Origin: Fistulifera solaris
Lineage: Eukaryota
Direction: 5' to 3'
Length of the DNA: 64,000 nt
Assembly: GCA_030295235.1 (NCBI GenBank)
Contig: AP026134.1
Coordinates: forward strand, 62,001 to 126,000
Shown: positions 38,054 through 50,344 of the stretch, one piece after another
How positions within the stretch are numbered: the stretch's first letter is position 1
How the letters are laid out: the number at the start of each line of letters is the position of its first letter
The notes under the pieces: model-generated
The model's database searches: none
What the model saw: only the letters and a program-made list of their open reading frames with translations
Told to the model about the DNA's origin: nothing
Position numbers and translations under genes: made by a program

Positions 38054-38869
38054 AAAGATACATACATTCGAATCCATATAATTTATAACTATTACATGAT
38101 ATTTGATACAGAAGAGAATTGGAAGCTGTAATTATTTCGGAGTCTGCATTGTTGGAGAAAATCCAGAACCGGTCGTGACTGAAAAAGCGACTCCCGGTCA
38201 GGCTAAACTAGCAGAGGGCGTTGAGCACCAAAGTCCTCGTACAGTCGGCAAGATCGGCAATTCAAGTAAGATGGTAATTTGGGCTGATCGAGTGGCTGGA
38301 AAAGGAATGACCCAGAGCTCGTCCGAATCAATGAGCTCATTGATTCCGATGAATCCTGTAGACGATACCATCAAAGATAATAAGAGTTAAAAAGAAAGCC
38401 AATTGTTCTACCTATTCACTATTACTGGCTCGGAGCTTAATTGATCTATAAGTTAAATACGAAGGATCGCTCCGGGTTGGAAGTGGATTCCAACATGCAT
38501 GTCGGGTGGGTTCGAAAACAAGTGCCCTATCTGGGTCACGGTGCGACGGATCATTCTAACAATTCATAGATGATTATTTTTTCTTTGTCTCAGACGTCCG
38601 ACCGTTTCCGCACTTTTTCGCTCTTCGCAAAAAAAAAAAAACGAAAACGGTCGCAAAGAAAAAAACAGGCCTCTTGCACAAAACAGAAACGAAAAGGAAT
38701 GATCCAAGAATCAAATTCAGGAAAACCGCACCTAGAAACAACGAGACCAGTTTACAAAAACGATGGCATTGTTTTGGAAAGAACGATTCATTCGCTCTCA
38801 CAAATTTGCTGCATCGTCAAAACGAAATAGCAGAAGCATCACCAACAAGCAGCACCCAGTGGCAACACC

Positions 38870-39460
38870 ATGACCGTTGAAACCTCCCCTTCGTCATTGG
38901 ACGCTTTTCTTCAGCGCTCCGAGGATGACATTCCGTGTGATTTGGCATTGTCGCTCGACGACTCGAGCACTACTGCTTCAACGGAGAGTTCTGGAGTGAA
39001 AGGCGACAGCAACTACTACAACTACCTCCGCAATGACATTGGCGTGTACCGCGACCATTCCTGGACGATCCACTTTTACGAACGAAGTCGTCGTGCGGGA
39101 GATTCTTTGTGGTTCCGTGTGTGGAGCAACAATGAAGTGAACGGAGGAATTTTCAGAGAATTCGAAGACTCGGAAATTCTCCAGTTTGTCGAAAGCAAAG
39201 TGCAGAGCCATCCCGATAGTTGCTTTTATCTCAAAATGACTCGACGAGGTGGTTTTACTGAATTCTCCTTGTTCGGGACGGACCTCATTCATCGTGCACT
39301 GAACGCCATCTTGAAGCAAGGTACCGAACGCGATCGACTTTTCATTCCGAGCAAACAGGCGCTCGAAAAAGCCATTCTACGGGAGAATCGCCAGAAGAAT
39401 GGACTCATAAGAACTTGGCTTCGTCCGAATGGAACCGCTCAAACCGCAGGAAGTCGGTGA
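38870..39460 (+). CDS. Hypothetical protein (196 aa)
   Basis: Clean ORF with caccATG context; motif similarity to the 21012 and 22398 ORFs. Confidence 0.6.
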   Translation: MTVETSPSSLDAFLQRSEDDIPCDLALSLDDSSTTASTESSGVKGDSNYYNYLRNDIGVYRDHSWTIHFYERSRRAGDSLWFRVWSNNEVNGGIFREFEDSEILQFVESKVQSHPDSCFYLKMTRRGGFTEFSLFGTDLIHRALNAILKQGTERDRLFIPSKQALEKAILRENRQKNGLIRTWLRPNGTAQTAGSR

Positions 39461-40009
39461 AAGAGCGTAGAAAGAGCTAATAGAACGTCGCAATGCTTTT
39501 GCTAAACCAAAAAGTCTTAAGAACTGTGCGCTTGCATACTATTTGGGAAATAGTTTGAATTATACATAGCTAGGCCCGACTCACATTGCTGACCGATTCA
39601 CTTTACTGCACTTCCATTTCACTCCACTTTACGTCCACCTTATTCCACTTTACTGCTCCATTCCACTCCTTTGCTGGTTACTTCTGCTCATTGCGCACGT
39701 CTCTCACGACTAACTTCACTTTCTTCTGTCACCGGCACACTTCGTGCTTGACTAAAGCGTCACTTCGGTACCTTTCAACGGTATAATGTTTATGTTTCAA
39801 GAACGTCTTCTAATCCTAACCCTTCGGCAGAATAGGGGTCGTACGAAGAAATAATAATCGCGGTTTTTGTAGGGGCGTGCCGACTGCCGACGACCGTTGA
39901 TGATCTCTTTCATTTTTTTTCTTCTATTATTTCCTTGACTGCCAACGACAAAAGAAAGGAAAGAACAGCAACAAGACTAATCTCAAGTTGACTTTCAAAT
40001 CATCTTGTC

Positions 40010-42123
40010 ATGATATATAGTCGCTTTTGGGATATCCTTTTCCTGGTAACAGGGGCCTTTGCGTCACCAGCCACAAAAATATCCGCAGTTCGAAAAAATG
40101 ACGAACGAGACCACAATTTACCAAAATTTCGTAGACTACAACAAAAACAAACCATTCTAGAAGACTATCGTTTGTACGAACCGTACGAAATTCCTTTGAT
40201 TTTCCAAAATTGGACGACTTTGTACCCACACCTAGTGCAAGTCACCACCGCACAAGAAGCGTACGGATTGCCCCCTGTAGGAACAACGGACGATTGTCCT
40301 TTCGACAAGGTTGGCTGTTTAATCTATATTGTAACGTTACAAGATTATAGGATTCATCCTGTCGGTAGTGAATCCTCGAAACAATTACCCGAAGTGTTAC
40401 TAAATGGACAAGTGCACGGTGATGAACGGTAGGTTGTGATCGGCTGCCTTGCGTTGGAGCTTTTTTTTCCCTCAGGAACTCATGGATACGCCTCTTTCCC
40501 TTTGTAACATCAGAGTCGGTCCGACCGCCGTCTTGGAGGCTGCCCAGTTACTACTCATGGCTGCCGCGTGTGAAGCGCACAACACACTTGTCACCAATAC
40601 TGATTTTCAGGCATGCCGAAACGAATTACTCGACCGCGGCATCACCGACGACCACCGTTCATGGCTGACACGGTTGCTGCGAACGCGTCGCATTGTTCTG
40701 ATTCCTACCGCCAATCCGTGGGGATATTATCATGACATCCGGACCGAATACGAAGTGGATGTCAATCGCGATTTCGCCTTTGATGCGGAAGATGCGACCA
40801 CCTGCATGCAAACGATTGCGGCGCGGGCCATCAATGAGGTCGTGCGCGAACACATGTTCCAATCCGGTATTGTCTTTCACGCGGGGTTCGAAATGATTGG
40901 TTACGAATGGGGTGCCAATGCCTATAACGGTTGGCGATCCCCCGATGATACATCGCAATCGCGAAATCGCCGAAGCGCACAGTCGGTACGGTGGTGGATG
41001 GGACACCTCACCGTCCTATGTGTATGGTACGATGGATCAAGTCATTTATACGGTACACGGATCGTTGGAAGATTGGGGGTACGCCAGTTCGTGGGATACC
41101 GACGTCGTCACGCAATGCGCACCTACCACGTATGGTGGTTACGCGGCCGAAAAGACCGTCTATCCGCCTTACACGAACCGCATGTTTAGTATGCTCGTAG
41201 AAACGAGCATGGATAAGACTCCTACATCTGACTTTGGGACCTCGTTGGATGTGTTGAATCCGGAAAGCTCGGGGAATGGTCACATACCTCGGAATATGCG
41301 CCTGTCTTTGTTGATGATTGATTTGGTGGAACCCTATGTGTGGTTCACGAACGACAATGGTTCTTCCAGTGACCAGCTGAATACGATGGTTCCTTTTCCA
41401 GAAAGTACCGGATCATCCTGTCGAGACAATGTCATAATGCAAGTAGAACAGGCAACGACCATGTTGGAAGTGTCATGGGAAGTGGGAGGAGCTTTTCAGG
41501 TCGACTCGACAGAATTATGGTATGCCAAATGGGATGATATACCCGAAACAGTGTTGGACTGCCGCACCCAACCGACCATCACGGCTGTACAACAATATAT
41601 GCAAGCTGGTTTCTTGACCGGACCGTTGGGTGGTACGGGACGCTTTTCGACGACGGGGTCTACCGTTTTTGATGGTACTATATCGTTGTCCAATTTCACG
41701 CATGGTGATACGATTGTCATTCTCGCATCAGCTCGTGTCGATTCCTCGTGGTCGAATTCGGCTTCACTATTACGGCCGCAAGTATCACCGCAAACGCATT
41801 TAGCTAATGTCCGAACCAATCCGGAGTATTATTATGAAACAGAAACGAATGTTGTTCGAGGACGATTGGATTGGTTTTCGCAGCCCTTGACTGTGAAAGT
41901 GGTATCGTCATCCGTATCGACCAACGCGCCTACAGTTTCGCTAAGCATTCCATCCTCCTCCAGCAGCAGTAGAGTTCCTCTATCGTCGCCCACGGATGTT
42001 TATGATACAACGACGCTATCACCTACTACGCAACAACGGATTAATACATTAACCAGTGCGTCGTATCATGCCAATGGTTCACTAGCTATCCTTCTATTCG
42101 GGCTACTGACATACCTGGTGTGA
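40010..42123 (+). CDS. Secreted M14 zinc carboxypeptidase with Ser/Thr-rich stalk and hydrophobic C-terminus (possible GPI anchor); intron 40429-40513, frameshift ~40950
   Basis: Signal peptide, zinc motif VHGDE|R, PTANPWGY, DVNRDF, VFHAG, GSLEDWGY, LVETS; C-terminal LAILLFGLLTYLV*. Confidence 0.85.
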
Positions 42124-42215
42124 CTTGAGAGTGACAAGAAACGAATTCTATCTTTATTCTTTGTATAACAAAATAGAATACTAATAATACAATTATAAGA
42201 CTGAGGAACGATATT

Positions 42216-42905
42216 TTACAGTCGCGAAGACGTTTCGTCTTGTTGCAGAAGAGCTCGTACTTTTTGATAAGCCGGTCGATGATGACAGCGTTGAATGTAT
42301 TCTTTCCATTCGTCTGAAACAGAATCATTCCATCCAATTTGTTCGGCCCAATCCCAACAGTGCACCAAAAGAATATCCGCCGCGGTAAATTGCTTTCCCA
42401 ACAAGTACAAATCCGATGGCAATAGCGTCGGTACGATGCGTGTATAGTGTTGTTGTGCGGCGGCGACGGCTTCGGGGAGAACACCACCCAAATGCTTTCC
42501 CATTTCAGTGCCATGTTTGCGATGCATCCACAGTCCTTGCGCATCCAATTCCGACAAGATGGTACAACACAATTGATCGTATTGAGCACGCGCACGTGTA
42601 CGGGGTGGAGGCACCAGAGCCGAGGATGGATACAAATCTCCCAAATACGTATTGATCGCTACCGATTCTGTCAGCATAAAGGACGGTACCGGTACTGTGG
42701 TTGTTGGATCGTCGTCATAAGCCATTAAAATAGGAACTTTCCCCGTAGGATTGTGTTCACGAACCCTCCGACTGGCCGGTCGATAGGGAAGATGTTCGTA
42801 AGGAACATTTCCTATCTCTTCCAACATCCAGAGACACCGAAATGCACGCGTCCACGCGGGGCCTATGATTTGAAAGCGAGTCGGTGTTGTAGCGGATAGT
42901 GTCAT
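42216..42905 (-). CDS. Glutathione S-transferase
   Basis: TRAFRCLWMLEEIG, NPTGKVPIL, LTESVAINTYLGD, YLLGKQFTAADILL, YIQRCHHRPAY. Confidence 0.9.
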   Translation of the reverse strand: MTLSATTPTRFQIIGPAWTRAFRCLWMLEEIGNVPYEHLPYRPASRRVREHNPTGKVPILMAYDDDPTTTVPVPSFMLTESVAINTYLGDLYPSSALVPPPRTRARAQYDQLCCTILSELDAQGLWMHRKHGTEMGKHLGGVLPEAVAAAQQHYTRIVPTLLPSDLYLLGKQFTAADILLVHCWDWAEQIGWNDSVSDEWKEYIQRCHHRPAYQKVRALLQQDETSSRL

Positions 42906-43066
42906 CTTCATCAATAGAAAGAAATAATAATAGTATAGAATGTCAACATCAGGAATGATCGTTTTGACGCGCGGAACGACGACGAAGGGAAGCAAACAAG
43001 TCGTGTGATTGGCATTTCCAGTCCCGGCTAGAAGTCAATATTCACAAAAGATTTTGATCGTGTTAA

Positions 43067-43951
43067 TTAGTGCTTCTTTCTTTCATCTCTATTGCTTCCC
43101 CACAGTGTTTTGGGTTTTCCTCGAAACAGGGAAGGCAAATAAGCTTTCCCTAATCCTTTCAAGATCAAAGCAGCCCAATACAGTTGCAACAACAGTAACA
43201 CCACCGAACTACCCCAACAGGCCGACATGAAGACACGATACGGCAGATGCGGATGCTGTGAATACAGCAAAAAGTGACTGTTCATATAGGAATACAGTCG
43301 TGGCATCAACATCCCGATGCGAACGTAGAGAAAGGTCCCACAAAACGCTAAGCGGACTTTCAAATACAGACCCGGAAATCGATCCACCAAGGACGGGAAT
43401 TCCTTGAAAAAGTTCATAATCGACAAGGGAATCGTACTCAGTTCAAAGATACCGAAAAGAATGGTATCCAGTACCGAAATCCATTGCGCAAGAAGCCCGT
43501 CATGATCCCCACGGCTACGACCGTGAGATGATGTAAGATCATGATGGGACTTTCTTCGACGGCAAAGATACCGACCGGAATGGCCCATAATTGGAATCCC
43601 AGTTGAAAACAACTCAGAAACAAAAACATGATCGTGGCCTTGTATTTTTTCTACGTCCGTTAAGGAAGGTTCGAGATGATATTCGTAATACAGGCCCAAC
43701 ATCGATAGGATGATGCAGGCACACAAACTGGTGGCTTGATAGCTGATCTTTCTCCGTGCGGACGCTGTAACATCCTTCGAAGCATGCATATCAATAATAT
43801 ACAGCAACACAACATACAGAGCCGTGATTCCACTGGCACAGAAGATCGTTTGCGGCACGACCATTTGTCGCAATACACTCGTTTCGAGAAAAATAGGGCC
43901 GTCATTCAAGGCACCGATGCGTTCCGCGAGTGTCGCATCTTGCAACATTCT
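43067..43951 (-). CDS. TLC (TRAM/LAG1/CLN8) domain membrane protein; compensating frameshifts ~43625 and ~43455
   Basis: Alternate frame 43438-43629 gives FQLWAIPVGIFAVEESPIMILHHL; main frame gives FELSTIPL, AFCGTFLYVRI, LQLYWAALI. Confidence 0.8.
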   Translation of the reverse strand, partial: RMLQDATLAERIGALNDGPIFLETSVLRQMVVPQTIFCASGITALYVVLLYIIDMHASKDVTASARRKISYQATSLCACIILSMLGLYYEYHLEPSLTDVEKIQGHDHVFVSELFSTGIPIMGHSGRYLCRRRKSHHDLTSSHGRSRGDHDGLLAQWISVLDTILFGIFELSTIPLSIMNFFKEFPSLVDRFPGLYLKVRLAFCGTFLYVRIGMLMPRLYSYMNSHFLLYSQHPHLPYRVFMSACWGSSVVLLLLQLYWAALILKGLGKAYLPSLFRGKPKTLWGSNRDERKKH

Positions 43952-44635
43952 CTCTGTTCCGGCTCTTTTAACAACCAATGAAAATGTTTTCGTTCACTTT
44001 TAGAAAGTGCGCGAGCTGTAGGGTTCGCAAGCAATAAAAAACGAGGACGATCGAGCTTTTTGGGGGAAAGCATTTATTTGTCTCGGCGGCGTGTACGCCG
44101 TCCGCGTTGCGATCGGCATTCGGCAAAATTTCTTACAGATGATGATTCCCTATCAGTAGATCGTTTACGTAGGCGTACGTGGTAACGAGGGTTAACCGTT
44201 AATCTTAGTATTACTCGTGTTTCGGAGTTAGGTGTTACCTAGCTCATCTCTGTCTATAGGTTCTACAGGTAGATGTCTCTCTGTAGCACCCTCTAGGAAA
44301 ACTAGAAATGAAAATAGACTCCACAGAAACATCCAGTAACACCTATTTGAGATAAGTCATCAAACAGAGCTAGCAACAGGCACGCTTTATGCGGACAGCC
44401 TCCTACCGGCAAGTAAGCAATCAGTTTTGCTTGCATTATGAGCTTTTCTCTACACTGTATGAGTGTTTTGTTCAAGTTTTGCTTACTTTGTAGAAAGAAC
44501 TTTACATGTTGCGAGGGAAGTATCCTAAGGTGGATTCACGGGAATCAAAACGTTGTCACCGTTTTCTACTTAATTGTTATATGAAAATTAACCTACGCAA
44601 GCCATGTAAACTACTTATGATTCGTTCTTTATAAT

Positions 44636-45198
44636 TTATTTCGAGTCCAAGACTTCCAACATTTCAATATCAAAGATCAATGCGGCTCCACCGGGAATGA
44701 GAGCACCGGCGCCGCGATCACCGTACGCCAATTCACTGGGGATGTACAATTCCCACTTGGCACCCTCTTTCATCAACATCATGGCTTCCGTCCACCCTTT
44801 AATGACTTGATTCGGGGCGAAAGTCAATGGTTGTCCTCGTTTGTAACTGCTGTCAAATTCGGTGCCATCAATGAGACGACCGGCGTAATGGCAGTTGGTG
44901 GGTTGACTGATGGTCGGTGTCTTGCCGACGCCGGGACGAATTTCTAGGAAGGGAAGCAAAAAGGAAAGGGAATGAGCAAGCCATCAAAAGATAATTTCAA
45001 ATTGGAAAGAAATTAGCGTATAGAGGCAACAAACACCCGACACAATGACGAACCTTTGTACAGCAACCCCGAGGGGAGTTTTACAACGCCCTCTTCCTTT
45101 TCCTTTGCGGCGAGGAATTTCAAGCCTTCTTCATTGGTTCCTGCGTGAGTAAAGGCAGCAATCAACGCTGCTACTAGGAAAAGAAAAGATCGGAACAT
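44636..45198 (-). CDS. FKBP-type peptidyl-prolyl isomerase with signal peptide; intron 44944-45053
   Basis: MFRSFLFLVAALIAAF...LPSGLLYK|EIRPG...HYAGRLIDGTEFDSSYKRGQP...VIKGWTEAM...LAYGDRG...IPGGAALIF. Confidence 0.93.
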
Positions 45199-45450
45199 TG
45201 CTTTCTGTATGATTTTGAAGATAAGTATGCCACAATAGGAGAGGCAACAAAATAATGTAAGCGGACGAGATGCGAGCGTGGAAGATCTCTGTATGTCGTA
45301 CATTCTGTCAAATACTAAAAAGGTCGTTGTTGCCACTAACAAGTTCCAAATTCTTAATTCCTTTCGCTACGTTTAACGAAGTATTATATGTTTCTAGTTT
45401 AGTTTCTAAAAATTAATCTCGACGAGGAGTTCAAAAAAGGTTTCTTCTAC

Positions 45451-47908
45451 TTATTTAGCACTTTCTCCCACCACTGCAGTGACCGCCCGGTTCAAAATGG
45501 GAATTGAAAGCGGCATTCCGCGTTCTCTGACCAACGCTCGGGCTAGAACAATCGAGTTCTTGATCTGGCGACCGTTTAACTGGGATCGAGACGCTAGTTC
45601 GAGGTAATCGGCATCAGAGAATGCGACACGATAGCGGGATGCCTTGCGAGGGTTCTTCGTCAATTTTCCTTCACGAGCACTGTCCAAGAGTGGGACCAAC
45701 TCGATCAGGTTCTTCCACACTTTGGCTCGACCTTCGACATCCAGCGGTGGGTATCCCAGCATGACCGTGATTCGCGAAGCAATGGCGGCATCAATACTTC
45801 TGGCGTCGCGGTTTGAACTCAAGAATAAACAGCCACTGTAGTATTCAAGGAGACGCAGCATCACGCAGACAAGCGCGTTGCGCTGAATTTCGGTACTGTT
45901 ACGAGCTTCTAAAAAAATATCGGCCTCATCGATCAACACCAATGCGTCCCAAGTCTGGCACAAATCCAAAACAGCACCCAAAGTCTTCTCGACTTCAGCT
46001 GCGGTGATACCTAGATCACCAGCTGTCACTATGTAGAGTGGCTTCTTTAGTAATTCAGCAATGGCTTCAGCCGTCAATGTTTTGCCACATCCTGGAGGAC
46101 CATGTAACAAAAAGATACTTGCTCCTCCTTTATTGGCTACGACATCCAATCCAGCCTCCTCTTCGTCATCGCTGTCATCGTCGTCATCATCATTATCACC
46201 GACATGATCTATTTCTGTTGTTTTGCCGCCACCGGCATTTCTCGCCACCGCACGAATTAATTCTTTCTTATCGGCAGCCAAAACCAATTGATCAAATGCC
46301 TGTTCTTGAAACCGTATATACCCGCAATTTCCACAACTTCCCTCTCCACCCAAGGCGGCCTGTTCGACTCCCATTCGTCGGGTGGATGGTCTCCGCATTG
46401 CGGTCATGGCCGCTTGTTTGCCCACCATTGGCACTGGTTTCGGCATTCCCAACAACAACTTTCCCCACACACGCGCTGTAAAGGAAAAACCAGTGAGCAT
46501 GGGCCACGCCTGCCAAAGATGCTGACGGTCGGAATCGTTTCGATTTTGGTTCCTGGTTGAGACGGTAAATTCCGGTAGAATGGCAGTGCGGAAAGGCACC
46601 GCCACTCCCGTACGTTTGGATTGTTCAAACAACTTAATAGCTTCCTTGACTGTATCGGACATGCCATCATTTCCACGTACTGGTAAATGGCCTTCCAAAA
46701 TGCCTCTAGACCGGTCAAGCAAAATGAATGTGTCAGCCAAAATGAGTTCTGGGGTCGTTCAAAACAAGATCCATTTCTCACCGTTTCACATCCACCATGA
46801 CACGTCCACCTTTACTCAAGGGCCGCATTGCGTTACTGTTCCAGCCAGACGTTAAAATGGGAAAGAAAGAATCGGGAGAATACTCCAAATAGTGATTGTC
46901 TGTTGCCACCGACGCATAGAATTCTCCTCGTTGCTGCAATCGGTCCAACAACTGTGCATCGTCGTCATGCACATGCGGCTGCAGCTTGCGGTGTGTCAAA
47001 TCCTTGATGGGGACGTTCCGCGTCGGATCATGAAATTCGGGATACACATCGGTAGCGGCCACAAACACGAGTTCTGTACCCACGGATATACAAAATTCCA
47101 ACACCAACACAAAGCGTCGTTTCATGGTGTGGGTTGCCGGATTCCATTCTTCCGCGTACCACGATTGGACACAACTGCAGCCGACGGGACTTCCTTCCAT
47201 ACCCGCCGGAAACGCCAGTAATTGCGAACCAGGAGAAAACAATTCACCCAGTCCAGGAAAGAAACTCACCGATTCCGTCGTGGCAATTTCATCACGTGCT
47301 TGTTGCAAGCTCGGCGTCAGTGATTCTATCTTTTCCAAAAATGCTTCCAATCCATCCACACGCACTTGTACCCGTTTCAATTGGGCGGAACGCTGTAAGA
47401 TCCGTTCGGATACATTCTGATAAACACCCGCATTGGCAAGCAATTCCATAAAACGAACTTTCCCCAATTCATCTTCTTCAATTGTATCATTCTGTTCGAA
47501 CCGGTGCTGTAATAATGTATTCAAAGTCTTGGATTCACGTGCCAAACAACGCAACACATTGAGTTTGAGAATGCAGCGCTGTAGTAAAATGGGTTCTTGC
47601 TTGGCGAGTGTATAATCCGTCATGCGGTAAACACACGGAGCCAACGGAATGACCACCACCACATCCTCTTGTAGTACAGGCACCAGTGTGGAATCTGTGT
47701 CATTTGCGGAAAGTAACAAGAAAGCTTGAATGTCTTCCGCATATTGAAATGATGTTTCATTCGTTTTGAATCGTTTGATCGACACGACTTTGGGGGCATC
47801 TTCCGATGTTGATGATAATGGAACTGTTCGTTGTGCTAACGCTGCAGCTAGACCAGAAGGACCCTTACGACTTTGGATTTGTGCCAACAAATCAGCAGGA
47901 CCGGGCAT
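45451..47908 (-). CDS. AAA+ ATPase with long uncharacterised N-terminal region; intron 46706-46781
   Basis: Walker A LLHGPPGCGKTLTAE, Walker B VLIDEADIFLE, RNALVCVMLRLLEYYSG, SSNR, IASRI; splicing VDVKR|GILEG joins ORFs 46778-47920 and 45451-46740. Confidence 0.88.
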
Positions 47909-48010
47909 GGTGGTGTTCACTTTATTTGAACAAACAAAAGTTGAAACGAATCGGTTATCACAGAAAGATTATTCTGTCAACAACAGGCGAGACGACTCCC
48001 TCCGAATTGT

Positions 48011-48031
48011 GATAGATAGATAGATAGATAG
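48011..48031. repeat. (GATA)5 microsatellite
   Basis: gatagatagatagatagatag. Confidence 0.9.
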
Positions 48032-48392
48032 CAGTAAGATAGACCCATCAAAATGTCCGCTGCAAAATTCCCCATCACGCGGTTTTTTGTACTCTGTACA
48101 TCGGCCAAATCTATCCGGTACTCATCTCTAGTTCATGGGGGTGACTTAAGAGATGATTATTCGCAGGAGATCACGGATCGCAATAGGATGGGACGAGCGC
48201 AATAAAAAAAAAACACGAAACAAATAATCCGCGACACGCAATCCTTCATTCGGAAGGGGAAAAAAAAGAAAAGAAAACGCAACGTAAAAGAAAATGAATC
48301 TTTTGCCCAACAAAATACGTCAAAACAATAAAATAATAAATCAACAGTAACAGTAACACACTGCTTCTCGTCACCCATAACAGAGAGAAAAG

Positions 48393-49400
48393 ATGGCAAC
48401 CGCAACCGCAACCGCTGTCCCTTTATTAAATCCCACTCCGAATCTCATTCCCTCTCCATTTCCGGCACCCCAAATCTATAGGTTTTCGATCCCCAAGGAG
48501 AATGATGCGCCCATTGGCATTAAAATGGAACAAAAGTTACAAAGAAATATTGTTATTTGTGGTATACACGAAGGAACTCCTTTCGAAAGGTCGGGAGCTC
48601 GAGTTGGACAGGAGATTCTCATGATCAATGGGAGCGTCACCAATTCCCCCCGCACCGCCGCTGCCTTGATTCGAAGTACACCAACACCGGGAATTGTCAC
48701 GTTGGTAACTGCCGATCCAACTCATTCGTCGCTGTACAAGCACATCACAGTATCACCCACGTCCGTGCGGTGGACTTTGGTACGAGAGGGGACCCTGTTG
48801 CGTCTGGCACGAGTCTTTGCGAAAGCATCCTCGACTGGTCTTAACGAAGGGGATATCGTGTTGGCAGTGCAAGGACGACCCGTGAGTACCATGGACGAAG
48901 TGCATCGTATCGTACAAGCGGAACAAAGAGATGATGTCCTACTTTCGTTCTACGTTTTGGATCCTACATCATTGCGCGACAGTATTTGGAGAGCCGTAAC
49001 ACAACGGATACGTGCCAGTCGATACAAAGAACTCGTGGGTGACACAGTGACTCTACGACCCATCGCTGATACGTTCGAAGACAGAACAGATATCTTTGGT
49101 GTATTCATTCAGCAACGATTAAAAGCGAGAGTTGTCTTTGATCCGGACACGTACCGCATGATGGATCCTTGGCAATACTGGTCCGCGCGCTACCTCAACG
49201 GCCGCATCGAACACGAGTCGGCCATGGAATACCATCGCAGTTCCTACAAAAAGGTATTGGCAGTAATGCGAGAGTACAACCGGATCTTGGAATACAATTT
49301 ACGACAGTTGGAAGAACTCGTTTGTCAGGAATGTTGGCGGCTTTCGTCCGGTGGCAGCCACGGTCGCGGAGTTTGCGACCGTCGAAGTGGACCACAATGA
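48393..49400 (+). CDS. PDZ-domain protein (two PDZ-like domains)
   Basis: PIGIKME...IHEGTPFERSGARVGQEILMING and TGLNEGDIVLAVQGRPV...VHRIV; C-terminal end may be frameshifted. Confidence 0.75.
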   Translation: MATATATAVPLLNPTPNLIPSPFPAPQIYRFSIPKENDAPIGIKMEQKLQRNIVICGIHEGTPFERSGARVGQEILMINGSVTNSPRTAAALIRSTPTPGIVTLVTADPTHSSLYKHITVSPTSVRWTLVREGTLLRLARVFAKASSTGLNEGDIVLAVQGRPVSTMDEVHRIVQAEQRDDVLLSFYVLDPTSLRDSIWRAVTQRIRASRYKELVGDTVTLRPIADTFEDRTDIFGVFIQQRLKARVVFDPDTYRMMDPWQYWSARYLNGRIEHESAMEYHRSSYKKVLAVMREYNRILEYNLRQLEELVCQECWRLSSGGSHGRGVCDRRSGPQ

Positions 49401-50344
49401 TGATGAAGATACGATCCCCTTAGCTACAGCAACGTTTTATTAATAGCCAATGAAATAATACGCTTTCAGTGGAACTTTTAGGGTGTAACGCGGAGCACCC
49501 TCGTGCTTGATATCGCTGCATCTCGGGTCCAGTGGAGTCCTCAATTGCAATTTTATTTGGTATGTTGTATACCTTATCTAGAGAGAGAGCTATAGAGACT
49601 TGAACTTTCTCGGTGTATGGTATGCATCGTCATTCATCCTTATTGTGTTCACCTTGTCGTACATTGCGTACCACGACTTCCTTGGGTCCTGAATACACTA
49701 GGTCCTTGAAACGTGTCATAAAAAATAAAGAAGGTCGTCATGATATTTAGGCCTTTCGTGCTACTCAGACTCCTTTGTGCTATTTCTTCAAAAGCAGAGA
49801 CAGAGAGGCCCAATGCGAACGCGGATACCGTATAGTTTCTCGGTGGCCGGTTGCAGTTCCAGGCATCTCAATAATTTGGTCATCGGTCATACACCTTCTT
49901 TTACAATGTACAGCGATAGTCAAGTCATCCATGAGTTCCGCCGAACGTACAAGATGGCTAATATAAATTAAATAGTACAGGGGGAGACAAAAAAGTCGGT
50001 GAAGAAATCATAGCGAACAACGCTGCTGTCTTTTGTACTTAGTTCGTACTTGCTGTGTATCCTTCGCCTCGTGCTCCTCGGTGTGGCTACCTTGCGAAAG
50101 AGGCAGCACGAAGGGCGCTTTTTCAAAGGGAGACAAACTCGAAGCAAACTATCAGCTGCATTCGCGTTGCTGCCATTCATTCTCATTTGGTGCTTCTGGA
50201 GTGGGAATCGAAACGTTTCAAATTAGAAGAGTTGTCACTGAGATTCTTTGTCGGATTGGGGAAGGTGGAAGGAAGATTTCAAAATAAATTATACACCAAC
50301 CGAACCTTCAATCACTCTCTACTTTACTCGACCATCCTACAACC

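Noticed and set aside
24459..45198. A chaperone gene cluster (CDC37, ClpB x2, FKBP, GST)
   Set aside because: Interspersed with unrelated genes; no clean nGAAnnTTCnnGAAn heat-shock elements found by eye; proximity alone is not evidence
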